Shown piece after piece: positions 1 to 7,810 of a DNA stretch of 64,000 nt. The notes under the pieces were generated by a model. The model was not told the DNA's origin, did no database searches, and saw only the letters and a list, made by a program, of their open reading frames with translations. Source of the stretch: Bacteroidota bacterium (lineage in GTDB: Bacteria > Bacteroidota > Ignavibacteria > UBA10030 > SZUA-254). Each line of letters opens with the position of its first letter. Within the stretch, counting starts at the first letter, position 1. The stretch covers positions 3,736 to 67,735 of the forward strand of contig JAWOKN010000056.1 of assembly GCA_033854175.1 (NCBI GenBank), given 5' to 3'. A program made the position numbers and the translations under genes.

Positions 1-434
1 ACTAAGACCATGTTTCCTGCGGAATTGTTTGATTTGATCCCCTATAATGGCAACGCAACCCTGGTTCTGTGGAGATTTCACAGATCCATCGAAGGAGCGT
101 ACATGCACTCCATTACAGATTCAAAAATATATGGGGAGGATCCGGGCGCACGACTTGATCGAATCGACCTTCATAGTGAAGTTCCTGCAGTCAAGTCCTG
201 GAACCTTCAAGCAAAGAAAGCGGTGAGCCGTCAGTCCAAATTCGTGAGCGAGTAAATGGTGTGAGAGAGGATCAAAGAAAAAGATTTCATGGACAAATAG
301 AAGCCTGGACAGGAATTTATAGCAGACATTGTAGAAGTTTTTCGCATACTGGATGTTATCCAAACATTGACAGATCATTGGCTTTTGAGAAACGGATCGA
401 TTATCTTGAATATGAAATCGGAAAGGTACCTGCT

Positions 435-1430
435 TTGACAAAGTATATTATCAGCATTCTTGTGGCTCTCTCCTCGATGAGCACTGACGAACGGGCCTAT
501 GCGAGCTGCGGAGCTGCGAGCTGCCCACTCAATTCATTCTCGCCGCTTCGTGGTGGCTGGCTGCAATTCGGTCTGGCGTATGAGTACATCAATCAGGATC
601 GCATATTTCTTGGATCGTCGGAATCGTACCCTGGAGCAATTCCGGAGGTTCATGACGAGCTCCGCACAATCAATCGGCGGACTCTTTTTCACGCACAGTA
701 CGGACTCTTCGATGGACTCGGCTTAGAAGTGCATGTCCCATTCATCAATCGTGAGCATAGCCACATTGCTCACGATGCAGAAGGCGACAAGGTGGAGTCA
801 TGGGCGTTTAGCGCAGTTGGCGATGTAATCATAAACGGGCAATATGCGCTACTCGTCCCACCAGAGGAGTTCGAGCCGTATCTCAGCGTGGTTGCCGGGA
901 TAAAGCTTCCGACCGGTGCGACTCATGAAGTGAATTCAGGTGGCGAAGAGGCAGAAGTTACAATTCAGCCCGGAACTGGGTCGACAGACGCATTCTTCGG
1001 ACTCAATTACCAACAAACTCTTGCGTCTCTTCCGATGCTCTCTGGTAAATACAGTGCACTGCCGATTATCGCGAATATAACCTTCCAGTTACCGGGACAT
1101 GGAACGCATGATTATCGATTCGGAAATTCTCTCCTTGCACATGTTGGAACCGCATACCGGTTCAGTAATTTTACCAGCATTCTCTTGCAGGTTAACGGAA
1201 AAGTTCAGGATTATGCTGATGTCGGGACGACCGGGGAACCGCGCGAGAACACCGGCGGAACATGGATTTTCCTTAGCCCGGGTCTCGGCCTCCACATATC
1301 CGATGCCTTTGTCGGCAACGCATACCTGCAAATTCCTTTATACCAGAACGTACACGGCATACAGCAAACAGCGGCATACAATTTGGCGTTCAACCTGACG
1401 TATTCGCTCAGTCTCGTTGGGGCCGATTGA
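435..1430 (+). CDS. Signal-peptide-bearing beta-barrel-like (outer-membrane?) protein, family not recognised
   Basis: The ORF track gives 261..1430. An in-frame TTG at 435, preceded by GGAAAGG, gives the N-terminus MTKYIISILVALSSMSTDERAYA, which looks like a signal peptide. The rest is G/Y/F-rich with alternating strands and ends ...AYNLAFNLTYSLSLVGAD, like porin-type barrels. The start is uncertain. Confidence 0.45.
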   Translation: MTKYIISILVALSSMSTDERAYASCGAASCPLNSFSPLRGGWLQFGLAYEYINQDRIFLGSSESYPGAIPEVHDELRTINRRTLFHAQYGLFDGLGLEVHVPFINREHSHIAHDAEGDKVESWAFSAVGDVIINGQYALLVPPEEFEPYLSVVAGIKLPTGATHEVNSGGEEAEVTIQPGTGSTDAFFGLNYQQTLASLPMLSGKYSALPIIANITFQLPGHGTHDYRFGNSLLAHVGTAYRFSNFTSILLQVNGKVQDYADVGTTGEPRENTGGTWIFLSPGLGLHISDAFVGNAYLQIPLYQNVHGIQQTAAYNLAFNLTYSLSLVGAD

Positions 1431-1669
1431 GAAATTCGCCGTTGGGAAATTAAATCCGGAATGGTTTCCGGACGCATGAATCTGCCAATAAAGGGACACG
1501 GCCATCATTGTGAGAGGTTTTTGTTCCATATGGCTGCCCGCATGTTCAAAAGGTGTGACGGACAAATGCTGGAGAGAGGGTAAAGGTGCACCGAGGGGTT
1601 ATTTACCCGGCGCCTATTTGATTACGTCGACTTTCTCGTGGCAGTCAGGCGTTCGTCACCGTCGGTTTG

Positions 1670-1948
1670 TCATCCCTCAATAATGTTCTGCACGGGAAAT
1701 ACTTTGGGTTCGACCGGAGTCACTCCTGCCTTATGAAGAACAGGTATCAAGGTCTTGCCAAATTCCTCAAGCAAGGCTTTCGATTCCCATATATCCGTCA
1801 CAACGATACTCCCGTCTTCCTGAAGGGAAGCGACATGGTACAAACGCCCTTTTGGCATTCCCTGGCCTGCGGCTTCCAATCCACGTATGGCTTTGTTGTA
1901 TTTTTCGGTATTCATGGTCGGCAGGTTAAACACGGTGATAACTGACAT
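1670..1948 (-). CDS. Small (92 aa) alpha/beta protein, function unknown
   Basis: Clean ORF (MSVITVFNLPTMNTEKYNKAIRGLEAAG...) with the size and pattern of dimeric ferredoxin-like small proteins. Its mirror + strand ORF has poor composition. No family assigned. Confidence 0.5.
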   Translation of the reverse strand: MSVITVFNLPTMNTEKYNKAIRGLEAAGQGMPKGRLYHVASLQEDGSIVVTDIWESKALLEEFGKTLIPVLHKAGVTPVEPKVFPVQNIIEG

Positions 1949-2229
1949 GGGTCTTTCCTTTCCTCATAGACCGCATAGAAGGCGATGCGGCACGCCGAAG
2001 CAAATGGAGTGAACCTGATTTACTGATCAGGAGTTAACTAAAAGAACGCCATGCGAACAGTCCCTATGCACGCATGTGTGCCCTTGATTGATCAAATGTA
2101 ACAATCCTTCAGAGAAAAAGCAACAGACAGGCAGTGTTGATACTGCCGGCTCGTTTTCGTCGTTTCCAGCCATTACACCTGGAAGTGGAGTTTGCCCACA
2201 AAAGAAGACAGGAAGTTAAGCCAGTGACG

Positions 2230-2705
2230 TTAGGAGATTTTCATATGCACTGGTGGTCTCAAACCGAGTGATGAGTGGCCGCTCGCACGTTTATAAAATA
2301 TTTTCAGATACCGACAAGATTTCGCCGGTGCACTTCCAATATCTGAAACCTCTACGGGAGAACATGTCGTTTCTTAAGCGTTGCAAAGAAGGATTCAGAC
2401 ATTGCGTTATCGAGGCAGTTTCCCGTGCTGCTCATATTCTGTACGATGCCATTAGTGGTCAGGATTTCTTTGACCCGAGCATCAACATATTGTTTCCCGC
2501 GATCACGGTGAAAAACAATCCTGAAGCGGTCTCTCGTCAGTGCAATGCCATCTGCAGTGCTTCGACGACTGCCTCGGCATGCATGTGAATTGGAAGGAAT
2601 GTGCGAACTTGCGACCGATAGGGACAGGTCCCCCCGCCAAGCTGCCGGTTTCCCGGCAGAATAATCTTTGGACAGGCTCCGACCATCATTCTGAATCCAG
2701 ATGGT
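2230..2705 (-). mobile_element. IS3-family transposase (OrfB/DDE integrase core) remnant, multiply frameshifted and internally deleted
   Basis: Minus-strand translations need at least three frames. They give KPAAWRGDLSLSV (W-x-D-I-T region) and HMHAEAVVEALQMAL (alternate frame). They also give IVFHRDRGKQY (HSDRGxQY) and GIVQNMSSTGNCLDNAMSESFFATLKK (SMSxxGNCxDNAxxESFF). After a premature stop comes YLKIFYKRASGHSSLGLRPPVHMKIS-stop (YNxxRxHSSLGYxxP). No orfA and no terminal inverted repeats were identified. Confidence 0.75.
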
Positions 2706-2889
2706 GGCGGCCTGCGCCTCCTGCATGAAACGAGCCCTATCCTGTTCCGACGCCGAGAGATGGGCCGGAAGGAACTTCAGTGCGACGAACCATCTGAGCT
2801 TGAACCCTCGCGGCCTTATAGACCACTCCCATGCCCCCTTCGTCCAGCTTCTCAAGAACTTTATACCGTGACAGAGTTCGTCCGATCAT
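2706..2889 (-). pseudogene. N-terminal fragment of a Ser/Thr protein kinase, frameshifted and truncated at the IS3 remnant
   Basis: ATG at 2889 gives [26 protein letters not shown] (glycine-rich loop). After a 1-nt frame change the sequence reads GFKLRWFVALKFLPAHLSASEQDRARFMQEAQAA (VALK lysine region). This closely parallels the N-terminus of the intact kinase at 29527 ([62 protein letters not shown]). Confidence 0.7.
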
Positions 2890-3453
2890 GAACATCTCTT
2901 GATGAAATATTGCGATATTCGGCTATTGCGAGAGGCAGGTCGTGAATGAATACCAAATCATCCGCTCTCCGTGATCCTCCCCGGAAACGATTCCCCTAAT
3001 CCACCGAGCGGTGACATAAGTCACCCGGGAATTCCATGATCTTCCGGCAGGACCCTGACGATGTCGGAGTATCCGACCCTTCGGCCCGCCCGAGATGGAT
3101 GACACTGTTGTGCTCCCCCCACAGCCGCGTCATTCTTCCGGCGACCGGAACAAGAAATCAGACAAATGAGTATAGATCGAGTCGTAGCCGTATGATCCAA
3201 CACCCCGGTTTGCCGGCATGAAGAAAACGGGAAGATCTCTGAAGAACGGTGCACGGGGTGCGGCTCTTCACCCAAACAGGTCTCACACTTGAGAGATGTA
3301 GATCCCGATCCCCCCGGAAACCAATCGCACGGGGCAACAGAATATGGTGCGCAATTTGCTCGAACATATGCCGACAGAACCGCGTCCAGATCGGTCGCGG
3401 GTGCGGTCGAAATACCTCATAACATTGCGACCGGAGAGAGAAGGAGTGCGAGT

Positions 3454-5205
3454 ATGGACAAGAATACATATTTTCGCGGAGGCGCCTGTTTTTTTCTGTT
3501 ACCCATTGTTTTCATCCTTTCCCCAACCCACCTACGAGCCCAATCAGCGCTGCCATGCTACGCATGCCACAGCGGGGAGAACGACAACTGGCTGCTCGGC
3601 CGGCATGCAAACACCCAGAAGGACGTCGCAGGCGAGATCGCTGCTAACTGGCAGGGGCAGACGCCAGATTCCGTCATCCACGGCTCGGCTGCGGAGAACT
3701 GTGTAGCATGTCATTCCCCGCTTGCCGTCACGACAAACGGCGGGATGACCGAAACGCAGGTGATGGGACATTACTTCACCACGACCGGCGGTTTCTACAC
3801 TGATTCCACGCAGGCCGCGGATACGGCCAACTGGCCGCATGTCGGCTGCAACACCTGTCATGACGTTCCGTCGAACCATACGAGCCATGTGTTACCGACG
3901 CTTGCGATTTTCAATTCAACGACGGCACAATACGACTCGATGCCGACGACGGCCACGCTCTGCGGACAGTGTCACGGAACGCTGAGATTCGCGGAAACCG
4001 ACCATCGGATATTCGATGCGTGGAAACTCAGCCGGCACGGGCACAGGGGCCAATCGGACGTCGCGGGCGAGCTCGCCGGAAGCTGGGCGGGCAAAACACC
4101 CAATGACGTCATCAACGGGCCCGATGCGGAAAACTGCGTCGCCTGCCATGCTCCGACGGCGGTCGGTCAAAAATCCGGGGACACAACGGAGGTCATGGTC
4201 TTAAGCCGGTTCTTCACGACCTCGGGCGGGCAATTTACTGCAGGAACGGCCCCTTCCGACACGGCCCACTGGCCTGATGTCAGCTGCACCGCATGTCACG
4301 ACCCACATCGGCCGGACACACTTTCGTACTACAACACATCGACGAGGACGTACCAGGTCATGGCCTCATCAAACCAGTTATGCGGCCAATGCCACGGCAA
4401 CCTCAGGTTTGCCGGTACTGACCATTTAAGCTACAACGTGGAAGAAGCCATCGGTGGAGTCGGTGTGGCGGCCCAGGCGACCATGCCCGGCGCCGGGTGC
4501 ACGGATTGTCACATGCACAAGGGTGAAACGGACGGAACAAACTCACTCATGTACAAGGGGCACAGCTGGTCCATCTTCATCCACGAACCGGACAGCAGCA
4601 CAACCGCCTCCTGCACATCATGTCATGCGGGAATGAACGCCGATTCCTCCAAAACGGTCATCGCCGGCTGGAAGGCCGAATTTGCCTCGACGGACTCACT
4701 CGCCCAGTTACGGGTTGCCTCAGCAGACTCGGCGCTGCAGGGAATAACCGATTCCGTCAGGCAGGCATATCTTGCGGAAGCAAAGAGCAACCTGAGTCTT
4801 GCGGAATCGGACGAAAGCGGCGGATTCCACAACCACAAATACAGTATGGCGCTCCTGAACGACGCCATTGCGAAATCGGCACTCATCACCGGAGTAACGA
4901 TGCCGCAGGCGAATCTCCCGCTGCGGTTCGCGTTACATCAGAACTACCCGAATCCCTTCAATCCATCGACCATCATCCGGTATGAGATCCCCCTTGAAAG
5001 CAGAGTGGCCCTGAAGGTCTACAATGTTCTGGGACAGACCGTGGCAATACTGCGGGAGAACGTAGAATCAGCGGGGTACAAAATTGTAGAATGGACTGCG
5101 GCAGGCATGCCAAGCGGCATATACTTCTGTCAGCTCCAGGCAACGAGCACCTCGCATCCCGTCAAGGCCTACAGTCAGGTCATGAAGATGCTTCTTATTA
5201 GATAA
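3454..5205 (+). CDS. Secreted nonaheme c-type cytochrome with T9SS C-terminal sorting domain
   Basis: The ORF is 3289..5205. The best start is ATG 3454, preceded by GAGAGAGAAGGAG, giving the signal peptide MDKNTYFRGGACFFLLPIVFILSPTHLRAQS. There are nine CxxCH motifs: CYACH, CVACH, CNTCH, CGQCH, CVACH, CTACH, CGQCH, CTDCH, CTSCH. The C-terminus reads NYPNPFNPSTIIRYEIP...GIYFCQLQA...MLLIR. Confidence 0.85.
   Translation: MDKNTYFRGGACFFLLPIVFILSPTHLRAQSALPCYACHSGENDNWLLGRHANTQKDVAGEIAANWQGQTPDSVIHGSAAENCVACHSPLAVTTNGGMTETQVMGHYFTTTGGFYTDSTQAADTANWPHVGCNTCHDVPSNHTSHVLPTLAIFNSTTAQYDSMPTTATLCGQCHGTLRFAETDHRIFDAWKLSRHGHRGQSDVAGELAGSWAGKTPNDVINGPDAENCVACHAPTAVGQKSGDTTEVMVLSRFFTTSGGQFTAGTAPSDTAHWPDVSCTACHDPHRPDTLSYYNTSTRTYQVMASSNQLCGQCHGNLRFAGTDHLSYNVEEAIGGVGVAAQATMPGAGCTDCHMHKGETDGTNSLMYKGHSWSIFIHEPDSSTTASCTSCHAGMNADSSKTVIAGWKAEFASTDSLAQLRVASADSALQGITDSVRQAYLAEAKSNLSLAESDESGGFHNHKYSMALLNDAIAKSALITGVTMPQANLPLRFALHQNYPNPFNPSTIIRYEIPLESRVALKVYNVLGQTVAILRENVESAGYKIVEWTAAGMPSGIYFCQLQATSTSHPVKAYSQVMKMLLIR
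3583..4428 (+). repeat. Internal tandem duplication (two ~140-aa triheme units) inside the cytochrome gene
   Basis: The two units align: DNWLLGRHANTQKDVAGEIAANWQGQTPDSVIHGSAAENCVACH... against DAWKLSRHGHRGQSDVAGELAGSWAGKTPNDVINGPDAENCVACH... Each unit carries CVACH, C(N/T)(T/A)CH and CGQCHG(T/N)LRFA(E/G)TDH. Confidence 0.8.
4921..5202 (+). other. T9SS (Por) C-terminal sorting domain of the cytochrome
   Basis: The sequence LRFALHQNYPNPFNPSTIIRYEIPLESRVALKVYNVLGQTVAILRE...SGIYFCQLQA...MKMLLIR matches the pattern of the Por secretion C-terminal domain. Confidence 0.8.
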
Positions 5206-5240
5206 GACGGACACGGGAAAAAAGTCACATTGATATCGAA

Positions 5241-5268
5241 GCAGGCCGGTGCAACAACACCGGCCTGC
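5241..5268. terminator. Bidirectional hairpin between convergent genes
   Basis: GCAGGCCGGTG-caacaa-CACCGGCCTGC forms an 11-bp perfect stem with a 6-nt loop. It lies between the cytochrome stop (5205) and the minus-strand small ORF stop (5288). There is no long T-run. Confidence 0.5.
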
Positions 5269-5287
5269 CTGTCATTCAGGAGACAAT

Positions 5288-5488
5288 TCAGAGCCGGTCA
5301 GGCTTCACCGGGCAGATCGACCGGTAGAAGCAGCCGGTGCATTCAAGCGCCTGGCGGGGAACCACGGTAGTACACCGGGGGCAACGTTCGACGAAAGGAT
5401 TCGTGACCTCGAGATGGCACTGCGGGCAGCGGCGGATTTCCGTGGCAAGTTTCTCCCGGAGGGCCATTTCCGATGCCTTCAGATCCAT
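5288..5488 (-). CDS. Small (66 aa) Cys-rich zinc-ribbon-like protein coupled to feoB
   Basis: ATG 5488 lies 5 nt after the feoB stop. The protein is MDLKASEMALREKLATEIRRCPQCHLEVTNPFVERCPRCTTVVPRQALECTGCFYRSICPVKPDRL (CPxC...CPxC plus CxxC-x5-C). The longer ORF-track version (to 5617) overlaps feoB and is unlikely. Confidence 0.45.
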   Translation of the reverse strand: MDLKASEMALREKLATEIRRCPQCHLEVTNPFVERCPRCTTVVPRQALECTGCFYRSICPVKPDRL

Positions 5489-5493
5489 ACCCG

Positions 5494-7386
5494 TTACATC
5501 ACAAAATGAGACACAACGCCGCCGACAAAAAAGGCCACGACCCAGGTACCGATCCAGATCACCATCCCCTCCCTCCAGCCCCTCTCTTTGAGCATCACCA
5601 TCAGTGAAGCGATGCACGGGACAAAGAGGGTAATGACGATAAGCGAAACGGCAATCTGCATCGGGTTGAGGGACATATGGTACAGACCGGCCGCGCCGAA
5701 ATCTCGGCGGACGACGCCCATAATAAATGCGACAGCGGCCTCCGGGGGCAGCTGGAGCCAGTGGACGACCAGGGGGGTAAGTTCGTGCTCGAGAAGATCC
5801 AGCAAACCGGTAAGCTGTGCGATACCGACCGCGAGTGCGCCCACAAAAAACCAGCCCGAGGCCTCCTTCATGAAATAATATGTCCGGACGGCGGTTTTCC
5901 TGAAGACATTTTCCATACGGGGCAATCTCATCGGCGGGAGATCCAGAAGAAGCGGGGCTGACGAGCCCGGCAGGACCCGGTCGAGCATCGTTCCGATAAG
6001 GACCAGAACGGCAAGGATCACCAGGACATAGACAGCGATCGGGCCCGGGCCCGCACCCGCAAGGAGCGCGGCGATGACGGCCATCTGGGCGGAGCAGGGG
6101 ATGACAAACTGAAGAATTGCGGTGGCAATCGTCTTCTCGCGTTCAGAGCCGAGGAGGCGTGTAGTAATCGTTGCGGAGGTCACGCAGCCGAAGCCGAGAA
6201 TCAGCGGAATGACGGCCCTTCCGTTCAGGCCGAGGTAGGTCAGAATGCGGTCCACCATCGTCGCCAGCCGCGGAAGGTACCCGCTATCCTCCATCAGAGA
6301 AAGAACGATATAGAACGAAATCACGAGCGGAAGCAGAAGAAAAAGAAGATACGTTGTGGTCATGGTCACAACGCCGTAAGGACCGACAAGGAGTGTATAC
6401 CACCATGATGAGGGAGAAATCAGGGTGGCGGTGATCGTGCGGATCCACGGTTCCCAGAGATTGTTACCGATCCGCTGCTCGGTAAAATTCACAACCAGCT
6501 GGGAAACAAACTTTCCGATAAAGAGATAGGCGACATACAATGCGGCGACAAGGATAGGGATCCCCGTGGAGGGCTTCAGGGCCCAGCGGCCGAGCCTGTC
6601 GGAAAACCGTCTTTTCGGGGAAGTATCCTGCATGACCTGGTTCACGAGATAATTCACCCGGTTGCGGCGGCTGATATAAATCTCATCGCGGAGCGTGCCG
6701 GGATTGACGCCGTGGCGCCGGGCGACAAACTGGTCCCCCTCGAGGACCAGCAGGGCCTCGGATTGTGAGCCGACCATGGAAAGGGTCTCATGGAGGTGGC
6801 CGTGGAGTTCCTCGCGCTGGGTCCCCTCGCGGGCGCCCAGGATGGCCTGATCGAGTTTTTCCAGCGTGACGCCGTTCACGGCGGTAACGGGAATGACACT
6901 GACGCCCAAAAAATTCGAAAGCTTCGGAATGTCGATACTGATATGAAAATCCCTCACCTCGTCCATAAAATTCAGCAGCACCGTAATCTTCTTCCCCATA
7001 TCGATCAGCTGCTGGGTCAGAAACAGGTCCCGTTCGAGGTGTGTCGCATCGACAACATTCAGAACAATATCCGCGTCGAGGATGATATCGCGGGCGGCTT
7101 TCTCCTCATCATTAAACGACGAGACCCCATAGATGCCGGGTGTATCGAAGACATCATAATCGCGGTAGGAACCGCAGACAAGTTCGACGGTAGTCCCCGG
7201 ATAATTCGAGACATCGACATTCATACCGGAAAGGGTATTAAAAATGATCGATTTCCCGACATTGGGATTGCCGGCAAGGACAATTTCCACGCGTCCGGTC
7301 TGTTTGCGGGGGGATCTCAGGCCGGGATGCTGGTGTCTATCCGAATGTTCCAGCGGGGGGCGGGATAAAGGATCATCTGGTGTCAT
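5494..7386 (-). CDS. feoB: Ferrous iron transport protein B
   Basis: N-terminal G-domain (GNPNVGKS, DVSNYPGTTVE, DTPG) followed by a long polytopic membrane domain. It overlaps feoA by 14 nt. Confidence 0.95.
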   Translation of the reverse strand: MTPDDPLSRPPLEHSDRHQHPGLRSPRKQTGRVEIVLAGNPNVGKSIIFNTLSGMNVDVSNYPGTTVELVCGSYRDYDVFDTPGIYGVSSFNDEEKAARDIILDADIVLNVVDATHLERDLFLTQQLIDMGKKITVLLNFMDEVRDFHISIDIPKLSNFLGVSVIPVTAVNGVTLEKLDQAILGAREGTQREELHGHLHETLSMVGSQSEALLVLEGDQFVARRHGVNPGTLRDEIYISRRNRVNYLVNQVMQDTSPKRRFSDRLGRWALKPSTGIPILVAALYVAYLFIGKFVSQLVVNFTEQRIGNNLWEPWIRTITATLISPSSWWYTLLVGPYGVVTMTTTYLLFLLLPLVISFYIVLSLMEDSGYLPRLATMVDRILTYLGLNGRAVIPLILGFGCVTSATITTRLLGSEREKTIATAILQFVIPCSAQMAVIAALLAGAGPGPIAVYVLVILAVLVLIGTMLDRVLPGSSAPLLLDLPPMRLPRMENVFRKTAVRTYYFMKEASGWFFVGALAVGIAQLTGLLDLLEHELTPLVVHWLQLPPEAAVAFIMGVVRRDFGAAGLYHMSLNPMQIAVSLIVITLFVPCIASLMVMLKERGWREGMVIWIGTWVVAFFVGGVVSHFVM

Positions 7387-7609
7387 GGGGAACTTCGTCG
7401 ATGACCGTCACGAGAATACTCCGTGCAAGTGTGTGGCCGATAGCGATCTGCTGTCGGTTTTTCTGGAGAACGATGGTTCCGCCCGGGAGGCGTTCCAGGC
7501 ATTTGACGCGCTGCCCTTCATGGATCCCCAGCCGGACGAACTGGGGGTAATAATCGCCGCCGGGGACCGAATGAATCTTCAACAATTGACCGACCTTGGT
7601 TTCGCTCAT
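7373..7609 (-). CDS. feoA: Ferrous iron transport protein A (FeoA domain)
   Basis: MSETKVGQLLKIHSVPGG...RLGIHEGQRVKCLERLPGGTIVLQKNRQQIAIGHTLARSILV is a FeoA SH3-like domain. The ORF-track start (GTG 7678) coincides with the predicted sigma54 transcription start, so ATG 7609 is preferred. ATG 7645 and 7672 are alternatives. Confidence 0.8.
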   Translation of the reverse strand: MSETKVGQLLKIHSVPGGDYYPQFVRLGIHEGQRVKCLERLPGGTIVLQKNRQQIAIGHTLARSILVTVIDEVPHDTR

Positions 7610-7686
7610 AGAGACGGGTTTCTTGCGGCTCTTCTTGTCAGTCATGATATCATATCGATTAAATTCAAACATACTCACCTATTATC

Positions 7687-7702
7687 GGCAATTATTGTGC
7701 CA
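7687..7702 (-). promoter_or_regulatory. Sigma54-type promoter (-24 TGGCAC / -12 TTGCC) upstream of feoAB
   Basis: The minus strand reads TGGCAC-AATAA-TTGCC, with correct GG-N10-GC spacing. It is oriented toward feoA, with a predicted TSS near 7676. Confidence 0.6.
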
Positions 7703-7703
7703 C

Positions 7704-7727
7704 AAATCGGATAAATCTATCCAATAT
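7704..7727. promoter_or_regulatory. Palindromic operator (10-4-10) abutting the feo sigma54 promoter
   Basis: The minus strand reads ATATTGGATA-GATT-TATCCGATTT, followed by one nt and then TGGCAC. It is near-identical to the perfect palindrome at 45232-45255. Confidence 0.55.
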
Positions 7728-7810
7728 TTCAGATAAGGATTCCGCAAATCCGCAGACGGGGGAGGGAATGCCTATCATCTTTGATAAAACGAAAATCACA
7801 CGGAAACCGA

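Noticed and set aside
10-255. 81-aa ORF at the left edge, open to position 1, with an antisense 106-aa ORF at 121..441.
   Set aside because: No recognisable motifs are present, neither strand is clearly coding, and the ORF is cut by the window edge. It cannot be supported as a feature.
2253-2588. 111-aa + strand ORF across the IS3 remnant.
   Set aside because: It is antisense to clear, though decayed, transposase motifs and has no features of its own.
3289-3453. N-terminal 55-aa extension of the cytochrome ORF (MRDVDPDPPGNQSHG...).
   Set aside because: The internal ATG 3454 has a strong purine-rich RBS and yields a proper signal peptide. The extension would bury that signal peptide.
5288-5617. 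The 109-aa version of the small ORF, and its CPQCH read as a heme-c motif.
   Set aside because: The long version overlaps the feoB 3' end by 124 nt. The protein has no signal peptide, so covalent heme attachment is unlikely and a zinc ribbon is the simpler reading.
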